The notes: a model not told the origin generated them from the sequence alone. A DNA stretch of 64,000 nt from Lama glama (GCA_028534125.1 CM052817.1:43216001-43280000), one strand, 5' to 3'. Positions 39,862 to 52,750 are shown, counted from the stretch's first letter. Numbers and translations are program-made.

Positions 39862-40302
39862 TGTGTATGGTCAGGCCACTCAAGATGGCTGTCCTCTTGC
39901 TCTCTCTGCATCCCCTCCTCAACCAGTGCCTGCTTCATCTACACCTGCTCACCTGGCTGAGCTTCCTACATGCTTGCCCCAGGCCCCAGCTAGCGACTGT
40001 TCTTGTCAAAGTGGGTGGTGAGGAGTGTGCCCCTCTGCTGGTTTCCTTGTAGCAAATGAGCCAACCTGATGTCAATTCCCCCTATGACTGCTAACCTCCC
40101 TCAGCCCTGGGAGCAAAGCCTGCCACCGTGTCCTGCCCACATCTGCCACACAGTGGGGTGTCACTCCAGGACCTTGCTTCAGACATGTAAGCACCCCAAT
40201 CCATTAAACCACTGATGTCTCTGTCACTGACTCCAGGCTCCTTCTTCAGTCTTGAAACCCGGCAAGTACAGGCCTTGTAGGCCTGTGGGGTGTAGCCCAA
40301 CA
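39862..40302 (+). mobile_element. Solo ERV LTR (probably class I)
   Basis: TG...CA termini, caagatggc near the 5' end, ATTAAA signal at about 40203, 3' end ...gtgtagcccaaca. Confidence 0.65.
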
Positions 40303-40454
40303 CCCTACAAAATCAGACAGAAGATTTGAAAGATTCAAAATCACAGTGATGTAAAAAAAAGGATGGCCAATGATACAAGGACCTGAATGTAAGTGTCAGA
40401 TGAGTGGAACAGAAAATAGGTACTGGAGAGTGTGTAACTGCACCGCATTTACCA

Positions 40455-40655
40455 AAGTCCTAAGAGCACATGCTCTGGGTTAGACGTCCTGAGTTTGAAT
40501 CCTGGCTCTGTCAATTACTAACAATTTGGACTGGGGAAATATGCTGAAGCTGCCTATACCTCAGTTTCCTTACTTGTAAAGGGCGGGATTTTTGTGTAAG
40601 ATGTAGAGTATTGTGAGTTTTCTGGCATTGTGTAAACTCTCAATAAATGTTAACT
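40455..40655 (+). mobile_element. MIR
   Basis: taagagcacatgctctgg...tttgaatcctggctctg...cctcagtttcct...ctcaataaatgttaac. Confidence 0.8.
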
Positions 40656-40656
40656 A

Positions 40657-40755
40657 TAGTCGTCCCTCAGTATCCATGGGGGATTGGTTCCAGGACCTAT
40701 GTGGTTACATGGATACCAAAATCTACGGATACTTAAGTCTTGCATTCTTGATATC
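40657..40755 (+). mobile_element. MER2 left-end fragment
   Basis: agtcgtccctcagtatccatgggggattggttccaggacc...ggataccaaaatc. Confidence 0.85.
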
Positions 40756-41659
40756 TAAGAGTTCTAGGGCCTGGCCTGGTAAAAAAGATACGGGACTAGA
40801 ACTAGTCCCAGGATGAATGTGAATGAGACTAGACTAGAGAGGGGAGAAAATTTAAACCTAGAGACCTTGCGACTCCACATGACTTAGAGCACAGATGGAT
40901 GTTGTGGGAGTCACGTGGAGGAGTCGCCCTGAGGGGTGTTGTGAAGTATGTGTGAGAGTCACAGAAAGCAACAATCAGGGAAAGAAAGCAAAAGATGAGC
41001 AGGAAAGAACTCACCAGAATTTCCTGAAGTAGGATGAGAAATTTTAAGTAAAACAAAGAAACTGAAAGTATCTCAGCCACTGTGTGAGAGAAAATGAAAT
41101 AATTCAAGGCACAGTCAAAAAAAAAAAAGTGCCACCAATTGGTACTGAAATAAAAATGAAGATAGTTAAAATGTGCCCCAAGCCCCCCAAAATGGCTCAG
41201 ATGAAAAAGACTGGTAGTGCTAAGTACTGGAACAAGGGAACTGCGGCTGGCAGGTGTGCAAACTGGTACAAATCCTTTGGAAAATTGACGATACCTACTT
41301 AAGCTAAACATATGCACAACCTAGGACTCAGCAGCTCTACCCCTAGGTGTCTAACAAACAGAAATGCGTATCATTTGTCCAGCAAAAGACATTCATGCTA
41401 CGAGCAGCAGTAATCATAAAGGTCCCCAACTGGGAACTATCCAAATGCCCATCCACTGAGAATGAATGGACACACCGCGGTGTGTCCTCCCAGTGGAAGA
41501 CCATACGGCAACGAGAGGGAGGGTGTCACGACAACATGGATGAATCTCACAAAACCAAGCAAAAGCACGAACACGAAAGAGCACCTAGTGTGTGATTCCA
41601 TATGATTGCATTTGTATGCAGCTCTAAAACAAGCAAGACTAACTTTGATGTTGAAAGTT

Positions 41660-41994
41660 GCCTCAGTCTGTTCCAGCTGCTATAACAGAACACTGTAGAC
41701 TAGGGAGCTTGTAAACAACCGACACTTATTTTTCACAGTTTGGGAAGCTGGGAAGTCCAAGGTCAAGGCACCAGCAGGTTCAGTGTCCGGGAGGGCCTGC
41801 TTCCTGGTTCATAGACAGCAGTCTTCTTGCTGTGTCCTCACATGGCAGAAGGGAAAAGGGAGCTCTCTGGGGTCTCCTCCCTAAGGGCACTGTTCCTAAT
41901 CACTTCCAAAGGCCCCACTTCCAAATACCATCACACTGGGGACTAGATTTCCACATACCAATTTTTAAAAGGACACAAACGTTTAGCCTACAAC
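41660..41994 (-). mobile_element. MLT1A-type MaLR solo LTR
   Basis: ctgctataacag...gctgggaagtccaaggtcaagg...gtgtcctcacatggcag...ccaaataccatcacactgggg. Confidence 0.85.
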
Positions 41995-42156
41995 GGAAGT
42001 CAAAGCATGGTTATTCCTGAGGGTTGATTATTGACCAGAGAGGGGCACAAGGCTGGGAGAGGGGCTGGTCTTTGGAGGTGCTGAGAGTGTTCAGTTTCTT
42101 AAGCTGGGTGAGGACTATGTGAGTATGTTCAGTCTGCAAACATTTATCAAAGTATA

Positions 42157-42248
42157 GGGGGAGGGTATAGCTCAATGGTAGAGTGTATGCTTAGCATGCA
42201 TGAGGTCCTGGGTTCAATCCCCAGTACCTCCATCAAAATAAATAAACC
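42157..42248 (+). mobile_element. Vic-1-type SINE with short tail and perfect 10-bp TSD
   Basis: tRNA-Ala-like head; TCAAAGTATA at 42147-42156 and 42249-42258. Confidence 0.93.
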
Positions 42249-43284
42249 TCAAAGTATATACTTACTACTTGTGCATTTTTCTTTGTGAATTTATTTCTTA
42301 ATAAAAAATTTAAAATATTTGCCCGTATTAGACATTGATAAAAAAATTATTGAAACTCCTTTGTTTACTTATAAGTGTAGCTGCTTACTCTCAGGTTTAT
42401 ATTGGTATAGACGACGATTTTGAACCTCATTTTTCATGTTTATAATATTGCCTGCTTCACAGTTGGTAATATTGGTGAAAGGTCATTGAAAATGATGAAA
42501 GGGGGAGAAAGCTTTGTCCCCACTCCTGATGTTTCCTTTCTATGAGCACAACAACCCTGGTCTCCCTTACCCTCCGCTCACTCCAGCCAGGATGGTGAAA
42601 CTGACTGGTAAGTGTGGCAAGTATAATACGTTCCCCTTCAGCTTCAGTCTTCCGCTCTTGGAAAACTCCCTGCCTAGTGCAAACGGTCACTGAAATTCAA
42701 GGAGATTGAGTCCATCCTCCAAATATAAGCAGATAATAAGTGACAGAGAATTTGAATTCAGGTCTCTGATTATAAAGACCATGCTTCTAACCATCCCCCT
42801 GTATTGCCTGCCTCATAAGTCCTGTATTAAACATAAAATAAATGAGTTGTGTGCTACAGCCAGGAGTACAACAGGAATTCAGGGGAGGAAGTGCTCTCTA
42901 CAAGGATTAGGTCAGGATGACTGCACGAAAGACTTGTGGGGGTCACCTCCTGCTCACTTCTCTCTGAGGACACATCAGGCGCCAGTGCAGCTGGGATTAG
43001 CACTAGCCTCTCTCAGGGCGCACTAGAAGAGGGGTCTGTGGGTGGCAAAAGCAGCCAGCAGAGCTTAACCACAGCGCCACCGGGCTGCATCCCAGCATTT
43101 ACTCAGTTTCTCCCTTGGTTAAGCTACAGTTTGTCATTTACCTCTTTTGGTGTTCACCTTTGAGTTCTTCCAGGACTTACCTCATACTTCGAAAGTGTGA
43201 AATGGCGTAAGAGTTTTATTTTCAAGCACCTGAAGTCAGAGGATATGCAAAGGTCATGTTAATAAGCATTTTATAAAGGAAGAT

Positions 43285-43830
43285 TATTTCTTTTTATTGA
43301 CATACAATTTGTACACAGTCAGTGGCACTGATCTTAAATGTTCCGTTAGATGGGTTTTGACAACTTTCCACCTATGTGGCTGCTACTCCAAACAAGGTAG
43401 AAAACATTTTTATCACCCCCAGAATCATGTTGAATGATTGTGTGTGTGTGTGCATGTGATTGTGTGTCTGGTTTTTTCAACCAATATAGTATTTTTGAGA
43501 TTCATCCATGTCATTGCATTTATCAATAATCCATTTCTTTTCACTGCCAAGTAGTATTCCATTGATGGCTGTACCAAATTTGTTTATCCATTCTCCTGTT
43601 GGTAGACATTTAGGTTACTTCTAGCTTTTGGCTATTATGAGTAAGGCTGCTATGAACATTTTAATGAAAGTCTTTGTGTGAACATATGTTTTCACTGCCC
43701 TACAGTAAATTCCTAGGAATGGAATTGTTGGGTCATGGGATAGATTACGCTTATCATTATAAGAAACTGCCAAACAATTCTTCAAAGGGTCAAACCATTT
43801 TATATTAGTGCCATCAATGTTGCTCTGTAT
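43285..43830 (-). mobile_element. Old L1 (L1MB/MC-type) 3' region
   Basis: ttgagattcatccatg...gtagtattccatt...aggctgctatgaacatt...cctaggaatggaattg. Confidence 0.85.
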
Positions 43831-44829
43831 CCTGAAGGAAAATTTTTTACAAAACGATGATGACATTTTAGTAAAGCATATTTGTCACCCTGTCTAGGGA
43901 GAGAAAGATTCCTGTGGGAATCATTTGGAGGGAGGGAAAACAGCCAACAGAGGGGAGTGGATTGGCACTCACCAAATAGTATTCACGAGGAAGCCAGCCC
44001 AAGGGGACCACGTGGGCAGCAGGCTCTGTGGCTCCCAATCAAGGCTGTGTTCTCAGCTGATGACATTCATTCCACATGCCAGGCCCGCTGTCTACCATCC
44101 AAGTAATCTGGGCAACTTATTGTTTTTGCTCAAGTTGTGCTTCATTGAAATTCCTCTTGGAGTGTCCCTTTTGGTCACAAGTTCTCTTTCTTGTCTGGGA
44201 GCCAAGATCGCGAAGCTTACTGAGCACAGCCAGGCTTTTTGAATTTGTGCTGCTGACTTCACCTCCAGTTGAGGGATCAAAACGGATGACCCTGCCCCAG
44301 CTCCTGATCAGCTTTCCCTGGCTTCTGCAAGGTTGAGAGCAAGTGATTGTTCATCTTTTGACTTCCTCCCCAGCAGGTTGCTTTTAGCAAGGTTTCAGTT
44401 TGTTTTTTAAGCTATTATGTTCAAGGGAGGGCAGAGCCAAAGGCTCTGATGACTTCATTTTGAGACAAAATTCATTCCCTATGAGTTTTTCTTTGAGGTT
44501 ATCATCACAGAGGCCAGAAATAGTGTGGAACAGCCCCCAAAGGAATTAATCTTTGTTTCTTCAGGCATGACTGATTCTGATTGTATCTTCCTATTGATTC
44601 TGTCCTATTAATAAAAAATTCTTGCTAAAGTAGGTGACCAGCCATTCCTTCTTCCTTAGCCAGACTCCTCTAATTGCTACTCACTGTAAGTGTTCCCATT
44701 TTCCACTTCTTCCTTCCTTTATGACACAGGATTTGTCCCTCTGCCTATCAAAGGCAAATTCTTCCACATAAATTCTGGATCCCATTCCATCCTGCTTTCT
44801 CAAGGAATGTGTTCAGTTGGTTATTATCT

Positions 44830-45236
44830 GCAGCAGAAATAATTGTCCTCCTAAATTCAGGCTTCTACCTTCTAATCTATAGAGTTGCTGCTAGAAAGTG
44901 GCTGTCTAGCCTGAGACTACGTTCTTCAACCTCCCTTGCTTCCAAATGAGGCCATGTGACTAGTTCTTGTCAATATCATGTGATGATAAGTGACAAGGGT
45001 TACTTCTTGACCAGGAAGCTTGAAAAGCAAGAAGACTTCTCCCTTCTGCTCCCTCGATGCAGAGAAGCATAGCAAAGCTGAAACTCATACGTTAAAGATA
45101 AGGCATCCACAATATGAATGGAGGCTGGGTCTCTGAACCATCGGTTGGAGAGACCCACCTGCCATTAAGAACATCTGTTTTAAAATTTTACATTTGCCAA
45201 GTCCTTTTGTTATAGCAGTTATTGTTATCCTAACAC
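44830..45236 (+). mobile_element. MaLR LTR (MLT1-type) nested in L2
   Basis: ggccatgtgactagttc...ggaggctgggtctctgaac...ttgttatagcag...atcctaacaca. Confidence 0.7.
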
Positions 45237-46159
45237 ATTACTTTTCTTTCCATTACATCTTCCACTTTTCTCTCTATTAGACTCAGTCTGCATTCAGACA
45301 TGACCAAGCATCTTCCATCTTTAAACAAAACAAGAACAAAAAGTGACCTTCTTCTGACTCCACAGTCCTGCCCAGTTTTCTCTTTACCTCCTTTCATAGA
45401 CAATCTTATTAGGAAGTTGTCTATGTGCAGTCTTAATTGCTTGCTTTCCATTCACTCTTCAGCCCAATCTACATGGCTTCTTTGCCACCATTCCATTAAA
45501 ACTGCTCTTGCTGAGGTCTTCAATAAGCACTGTGCTTCCAAATCCAGCAGATACTTTCTGGTCCTCAGTGTAACTCCCAGGATTTAACACAGTCAGCCAA
45601 TGTTTTCTTCATGACATGTTTTCTTTTCCTGGTTCCATTAAACAATCTCTTATGTGAATGACGCATAGACATTTTGAATTTATCGTATCCCAAACTGATC
45701 TCCAACTCCTACTCCTCCATTTCCTCATCTCAACAAATGGTACTTCCATTCAAGTATTGGCTCATGCCAGAAATTTGATGTAACTTTTGACATATCCTTC
45801 TTCCTCCCCATCCACAGCCAATCAATCAATCATCATGTCCTGCCAATTTTACCTCGTAATTTTTCTCAAATGTAGATACTCTCCTTCATCTCCATTCTTT
45901 CCTACAACCCCTTCTGTCCTCCACATCTATGATTAAAAATGTAAGTTAGATATTGTCACTTCCCTCTGAAAATCCGTTAGAAGATTTTCACTGTCTTAGG
46001 ATAAATTCCTGAATCCCTAATTCAGCATACCAACTCTTATATGATCTTGCCTCTGCCCATGTCTTTAGTGTTATCTAGCACTCACTTCCTTTTGCTTGTT
46101 ACATTCCAGCTTTTCTTTCAAATCTTTGAAATAACAAGTTCTTTCCTACCTCAGAACCT

Positions 46160-47285
46160 CTCTAATCGCAAGCACAAAAACCAACTCAGACAAACTTAAC
46201 CGAAAAAGGAACATAGTAGCTCATGTAAATAATGAACCTAACACGTGGCTGACTTCAGACATGGCTGATTCCAGAAACTCAAATTGTGACCATATTGCTC
46301 TGTTGCTTCATCTTTTAATTCTGCTAAACTTTGATTTGATTCCTTTGATTTGACACAAACCATCATCACAGAAGCAAGATATCCACTGTCTAGAGATGTC
46401 GATTTATGTAATGAAGAATTAGTCTTACCCAAAGACAGCTCTGGCCTTTATCCTTGTCTTCTGGGAGATAATCTTCAGGCGCTTGGAACATCCTACCTGA
46501 AAAAAGTGTCTGTGTTTGCCTGGAGGCTGTAGACCAGACAGCAGAATAGTAACAGCAAGGCCTTTGATCCACAGCAACAATATGTGTTAAGGTGGAAAAT
46601 TTGAGTTTTGGTCTCAGTAACCTCTGGAGGGGCTGGAGACTGAGACTACCCATGTGGGCAATCAGTCACTTAGGTCATAAAAATCTAGGCACTGATGGTG
46701 AAACGATTTTCCTGATTGGCTACGTTCTGTGCATATTGTCACACATGGATGTCAAGAGAGTAATGCTTTCCTGACTCCACAGGGAGAAGACAACTCAAAG
46801 TCAAGTTTGATACCCTCCTGGCCTATGGGTCTTTGCCTTTGACTGACTTTAATCTGTATCTTTTCCCTGTAATAAACTGTAACCATGAGTACAGCAGCTT
46901 TCAGTGAGCTTGTGAGCCCTTCCAGTTAATTATTAAAACCGGTGGTAGTCGTGGGGAACTACCAAACACGCAGGTGGTATCAGAAGTGAGGATGCTCTTG
47001 TGTGAACTGTGCACCCTCAAAGCACACAGTTGGCTAACTCTTACACTGCTATGCATTCTTACTTAATAGTTACAGCCAAATGATTCTGCTTATCCTGATA
47101 TTCTAGAAGAAAGGTTCCAGAGGACACTTTGGCTGGGTAGCTTTAAATAGGTTCCCATCCCTGAACCAGTCACCGTAGCCTGGGGTAAAGAATGGGTGAG
47201 TCTTAGTCAGACATCTGCCTAAGATACAGGAAGTGGGTTTCTCACAGGAAAGAAGGTTTAGGTTACCAAAAGGAAAAAAAAGGAA
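46160..47285 (-). mobile_element. Old MaLR LTR split by a MER77-like LTR
   Basis: gcaagcacaaaaaccaactcag...gacttcagacatggctgattccag; cccatccctgaaccagtcac...gctgggtggacaaaa. Confidence 0.6.
46407..47045 (+). mobile_element. Solo LTR, MER77/MER21 group
   Basis: TG...CA; cccaaagacagctctggccttt...ctggaggggctggagactgag...gtaataaactgtaaccatgag. Confidence 0.75.
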
Positions 47286-49044
47286 TGGGATAGGGGTGCT
47301 GGGTGGACAAAAATAGCAAACACTCAATATGGTTCATTTACACCAGCCTGTCCCTCTGTCAGGAACACTCCTGATTCTTACTCACCACCTTCACCATCAG
47401 CACAATTTTCTAATGACTAAGTATACTCATCATTTGAGTTTCAGATTAAATGTCACTTCACCAGAAAGGCTTCCTTCAATCAGAATACAAGTCCCCATTT
47501 GAGTGTCTTATCGCTCTTGTCTGTTTGTGATTATATAGTCACTAGTATGATTATTGGTTTAATATCTTAATGCCACCTTGACTCTAAGCACTATGAATTC
47601 AGGACCATATTTATACTGTTTATCATGCAATAGGTACTTAGAAAGATCTGTGGAAGGAATGAATGGATAAGAATGAAAGAAAATCTGTCCATGGATTTTC
47701 TTCATCTCAGATCTTATGCTAACTCTTCAAATGTTCTCTCTTAGTAAGAGATCAGTAAATAAATATCTGGTTAAACTTTGGATTCAGTTGTCGGAAACAA
47801 CAAAAGAAACTTGCCTCAATCTTACAGTCAGGAAGTCAAGAACTGCATAACTCTTAGAAGTGAAACAAAATATGTAATATTTGTATGGAAGCAAGTCTCA
47901 CGATAAACTGATAAAACTATGTTCCTCATTTTCCGTCGTGATTTTATCTGATTTCAGCCACACAGTAACCCAGTGAGCTAAGTAACACAGGCAGATGTTT
48001 CTTTTGTCTGCTTAACAGATGGGGGTGGAAAAAGGCTGGAGAACCAGAAAGGTAAGATGAATTACTCAGGATCACATGGAAAGTTTCATGGTCAAAACAA
48101 GACTCAAGATTATTACTCAGCGATCCTGAAATCTAGTTCTGTACTCTTTCTACCAAATCAGTGTTGCTCATCCTCTCAGATTTACAGTCAACACACACTG
48201 CACACTGTCTCCTTCAGTTGTGGAATGTGTCAAAAGTCACACAGTGTTAATGTAGTAAATTTGAATAAGCATAAACTTGAGATTTTCCACACTTATGGAC
48301 ATTTCTGATTATTTGAGATTTTAGCATTCTTTATAACACTCCCTGATTTTCATCAGGGACTTACTCCTTCCCCATTCTCAGTTTCAAAGGTTCTGGTGAT
48401 TTTCCCATCCCCAACCCAGAGGTACACTGGCCAATGAGAGCCTAGCATTCTCCAGGCTGTAGACTTAATTAAGGGATAACACATGGTCCATAAAGTCCAT
48501 GCTAGTAAAATTGGGTAAGGGGGAGTAGACTGATTCCTGCTAACTGTAACATCTGTTTGGATTAGGGTAGCGCCAGAACCTCAGACTCACTGTCACTATT
48601 GGCCAGAAACACAGGCTGTCCTGGGGAAGTAAAGCAGCATTTCTTTCATTTTCAGCAAAGTTTAACTTGTTTTACATCAGGGCCCTCTGTCCTGCCTTTT
48701 CTCTAGCGTGAGGCTCCACTGTACCCCAGCTAACTAACCTAAGTGTGATGGATGTGACGAGAAGGCTCTCAGCACCCATTCATGTGTGTCTTCTGGTGCT
48801 GCAGAGACTGGAAATCTAAAAGCTGTATGTTCCAGACTCCTCTGGAGCTAGAACTTTGGGGAAAAAACAATCACTTCCTCTGACTGGATGGATTTACATC
48901 AGTTAAGAAGGTGAAAATGAGGGTCTCTTCTCTTTTCACTGTCCCTTTTGTCCAACGTGCTTTTCTTACAGTGCATGACGGGGTTTGTCACTAGTTTCAG
49001 AGGTGTCAGAAGCCAACTACAAAGGTAGCAGCAGCCATGGCTTT

Positions 49045-49305
49045 CAGGGCCACATTGTGCCTTTCCATGGCCCTAAGTACTCTCGCCTAATTTATAGCCC
49101 TGTCCTCCATTAAAAAAAATACTGCATGACTGCATTGGGATAAAGATTAATATATGATTACCACATATTTAGATATTTAATTCGGCCTACAACTTCATTT
49201 TTTTCTTCCGATTTTAAAAGAAATTAAAATAGCTTTATGGGCATCTAAATATATTGCAGGCACTAGTCTTTGCTCCTACTGTACCTAACAGAAAAGTCAG
49301 CCCCC
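49045..49305 (-). mobile_element. hAT-Tip100 MITE (ORSL-like) nested in an old LTR-like sequence (about 48740-49500)
   Basis: cagggccacatt...ccctaagtact...gattttaaaagaaattaaaat...cctactgtacctaa...aagtcagccc. Confidence 0.65.
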
Positions 49306-49686
49306 ATGGTGTTTGGTTCCCTGGAATTCAGCTAAAGCCGATTCCCTGGAAGCAGTTCCATGGAAGGCCATTTGCTGTGTTGTTCTAGGAATCATTTCCT
49401 GAAGCTCGGCTTTTCCTAAGGTTTTGTAAGCACCGAATTCCCTATGTTAAATCCAAACTCTATTAAAATAACCAGAGTGGTCCATTTTCTGCAATTACAC
49501 CTAATTGATGGGAACTTACGCCATTGTTCTCATGAATCCCTCAAGTCTGTTCTTTATCCTCAATTTCCCTGCTCAGTCAGTCTTGGCCCCCTCACCCCAT
49601 CTCTGTTCTCCTTCACCCCATTGCCATTTTGCCTTTCAGTGTATTCGCTGGAATCTCCATGCCATGGTGGGGAAAGCTAGGGTGTC

Positions 49687-50187
49687 TGTATTAGTCAGAG
49701 AAACAGAACCAGTTGGGTGTATATGTGTGTGTCTAGACATAAAGATATAGATATAGTGTGTGTACGTCTATCTCCATATCTACATCCCTGTCATTTGTCT
49801 ATCGTCTATCTATTGAGAGATACAGAGAGAGATTAATCTAAGGAATTGGCTCACACCATTGGGGTGGCAGGCAAGTCCAAAAACTGCAGGGTTTGGTCAG
49901 CAAGCTGGAGACCCAGGGGAGAGCTGATGCTGCAGTTCAAGTCCAAAGATTGCCTGCTGGCAGAGTTTCCCTTCTTCCGGGGAGGTAAGCCTTTTCCTGT
50001 GAAGGCCGTCAGCTGATTGGATGAGGCGCATTCATATTATGGAGGGTGATTTGCTTTCCTTGAAGTTTGCTGATTTAAATGTTAAGTGCATCTAAAAAAT
50101 ACTTTCACGGAAGCATGTAGAATAATGTTTGATCAAATACCCAAGTGCTGTGGCCTAGCCAGTTGACCAATTAAATTAACCATTACA
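49687..50187 (-). mobile_element. MLT2 (ERVL) solo LTR
   Basis: tgtattagtcag...aaggaattggctcac...ctgattggatgagg...tggcctagccagttgac...aattaaccattaca. Confidence 0.9.
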
Positions 50188-51184
50188 CTTTCATGAATAT
50201 ACATCTATTTCTGACCCCTTTCTTTCATCTCCTTGCCTGAAGCATGCTCTCCGATGACATGGCTCTTCTCCCAATAGTTCTTAGCGTGGGGGCGTTATTG
50301 TCCCCCACTCCCCGGAGCCAGAGGGCGAGGTGGAGCGCCAGCTCTTCCCTCTCTGCAGTGTGCCCGCTCCCCTTCTCACTCCCCTCACCCATTCTCACCT
50401 GGTTGGGGGCAGCCCACATGTCTCAGTGCGAGACTGACAGGATCTGCTCTCACTTCCTGAGACTCTCTCAGCTGGCTCCTTTCACTTCCCTTCTGCCCTG
50501 TCCCTTGCCCTCATCTTTAACGACTTTAAATCCATGTTAACCTTCCTGATCCCCTGACCCCATGCACGTTGCCTGGGCTAGTGACCTCTGTCTCTGGTCC
50601 ACCTCAGGCTGTGAAGTCACACTCAGCCTGCACACGTCTGTTCTGAGCTTGGCTTCCCCACCTGCAGTCACGCAGCCTGTCCTTCCCTCCACCCCACGCA
50701 GCAGGTCCACCCTGCTTCCCGGCATCTCTCCCGCTTCACACAACCTATGCTCCTTCATTCGCTAATTCTGTTCGCCTGCACTGCTTCCTGCTTTGCCCCC
50801 GCACCCCAGACCTGACGTTCAAAGAACCCGTGGAAGTGCATGTAAAGCAGTGGTAGGTGGTGGTGGTAACTTGCTAGGTAATCGTTAGATGTGCGCTCTT
50901 CCTCCTTTTCCAAGTTACCCTGTGTTTTTGGAGGAAAATGAGGGACTCTGAAGATATGGCTCATTTCTTACTCAGGGCTACAGAACTTGAGCTGCACCAT
51001 GACTCCTACCTCACCATCTCCGCTGAAGTCTCCTGGTAACTCCCCAGCACACCGACTTGGAGAACTGACCATTCTAGGTTATTTCTACCCCCATAAGCCT
51101 CCATTTTCTTCCCTCAATTCCTCTACCCAGCAACCTTACAACTTTGCACACAGAGTGATGCCTCCTGCTTAAAATAATCTGACT

Positions 51185-51620
51185 CTTTTAGGATAACTTC
51201 CCCCAGAAAGAGACCCTGAGACAAGGATCCATGGATCCCAGGAGGCACTGGTAGGTGAGAGCAGTTGTGAAATAGAAAAGGGAAGGGAGCACATACTGGT
51301 GTGCTATGAGCAGGTTATTACCGTGGACAATTGGGGCTGGTCCTCCCTTGGAGAGGGGGGTCTCTGGCAGGCAATGTAGACCATACCTCAGAGCTGTCCC
51401 AGCTCAGAGAGGAGAGCACTTGGTATTATCTACTGCCTGCCACCTGTCATTAGCTGAGGGCCATGCCAGGGGCGCTAGCCTCCTGCTGCTGCCATTCTGC
51501 CCTTGCCCTGGGCCAAGGCAAGCTCTGACAGCCAGACACGGGCACTGCCGTGAGGAGCAGTCAGCGTGTATGGAATGCTGAGGGTCGGGGGGGCTTAGGT
51601 GGGGCAGCAATGACATCTCC
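51185..51620 (-). mobile_element. LTR16-like ERVL LTR
   Basis: ttcccccagaaagagaccctgagacaaggat...gatcccaggaggcactggtagg...cctcagagctgtccca. Confidence 0.6.
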
Positions 51621-52559
51621 ACTTCCTCTCCATCTAGCCTTACTGCAACATGGACCTGTACCGGCGTCTGCTTTCCCATCCCTTCATTCAATGTGCAGGC
51701 TACTCTCAGATACATCACTTTATTTAATCCTCTTGATCAGGGACGTTGGCACTGTCCCACTTTTACCTACATAAGAAAGGTTAAAATTAAGCAACTTCAC
51801 AAAAATTACCCTGGTAAGTTTTCCTGGTAAAGCAGAAATCCAGGGTCAGAATCTTGGGGGAACACCCATCATTATGAGTAATATCTTGGAGCAAGAAGAG
51901 ATGGGTTCAAAGTAGAGACAGGAGTTATTTTGGATTCTCGGGGGGACATTCTCCATCTAAGACCAGTTTCTACCATTCTTCCCTACCTTCATTTCTGTTG
52001 ACACATCTTTCTAAAGCTTACTGGGCCAGAATTTATTGTCTTTATCCATGGGCCCTAACACAATTTCTAAGAACGAAGATCAGATACAATGTAAGTTTCA
52101 CAGTAAGTGATGCCTGGTTATAGTGTAATGTAATATAATGTAATGTAATAAGTGCTCAATTTTATGCAACAATTATGTATCCATCACCTAATATGTACCA
52201 GGCATTAGGCTAGGCACTAAGAATACAATGATGGACCATAAATATCCACTGACAAAAGGCGTGAATCAATGAAAGACATGGTCTATTGTTGAATATGGAA
52301 TATACCAGATTTTCACACTGATTCTGTGGAACCATCAGCTAATGATGGCCATTTAACTTTTGCAACTAAGATGAATCTAGTACTCAGTATTTTTTCTCAG
52401 TCTGGATCTATCTGAGTTTTTTTTTTTAACATTTAATAATAATAGATAATATTGACATGAAAAGAGCATGCTCTTCATAGGACTGCTGTGAAGATTAAAT
52501 GAAATAATAAGTGCCAAATCTCAAGCAATTTTATATAATTTATCACACTTGCTTGTATC

Positions 52560-52750
52560 CATAGACCGTAAGTTCCACAAAATGATCACCATGATAAATT
52601 TAGTTAACAGCCATCACACACACAGTCAAAAATTTTTTTCTTGTGATGAGAACTTTTAAGATTTTCTCTCTTAGCAACTTTCAAATAAACAATACAGTAT
52701 TGTTTACTGTAATCACAATGGTGTACATTACATTCCCAGAACTTACTTAT
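52560..52750 (-). mobile_element. L1 (L1MA/MB-type) fragment
   Basis: ttttcttgtgatgagaacttttaagat...tcttagcaactttcaaat. Confidence 0.8.

Larger units (their letters stand above)
41140..42315 (+). mobile_element. Old L1 (L1ME/MC) 3' region hosting MLT1A and a SINE
   Basis: gtgcaaactggtaca...ccaaatgcccatc...caacatggatgaatctcac... Confidence 0.75.
44640..47670 (+). mobile_element. L2 fragmented by nested LTRs
   Basis: Collinear L2 pieces at about 44640-44830, 45235-46160 and 47285-47670. Confidence 0.7.
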
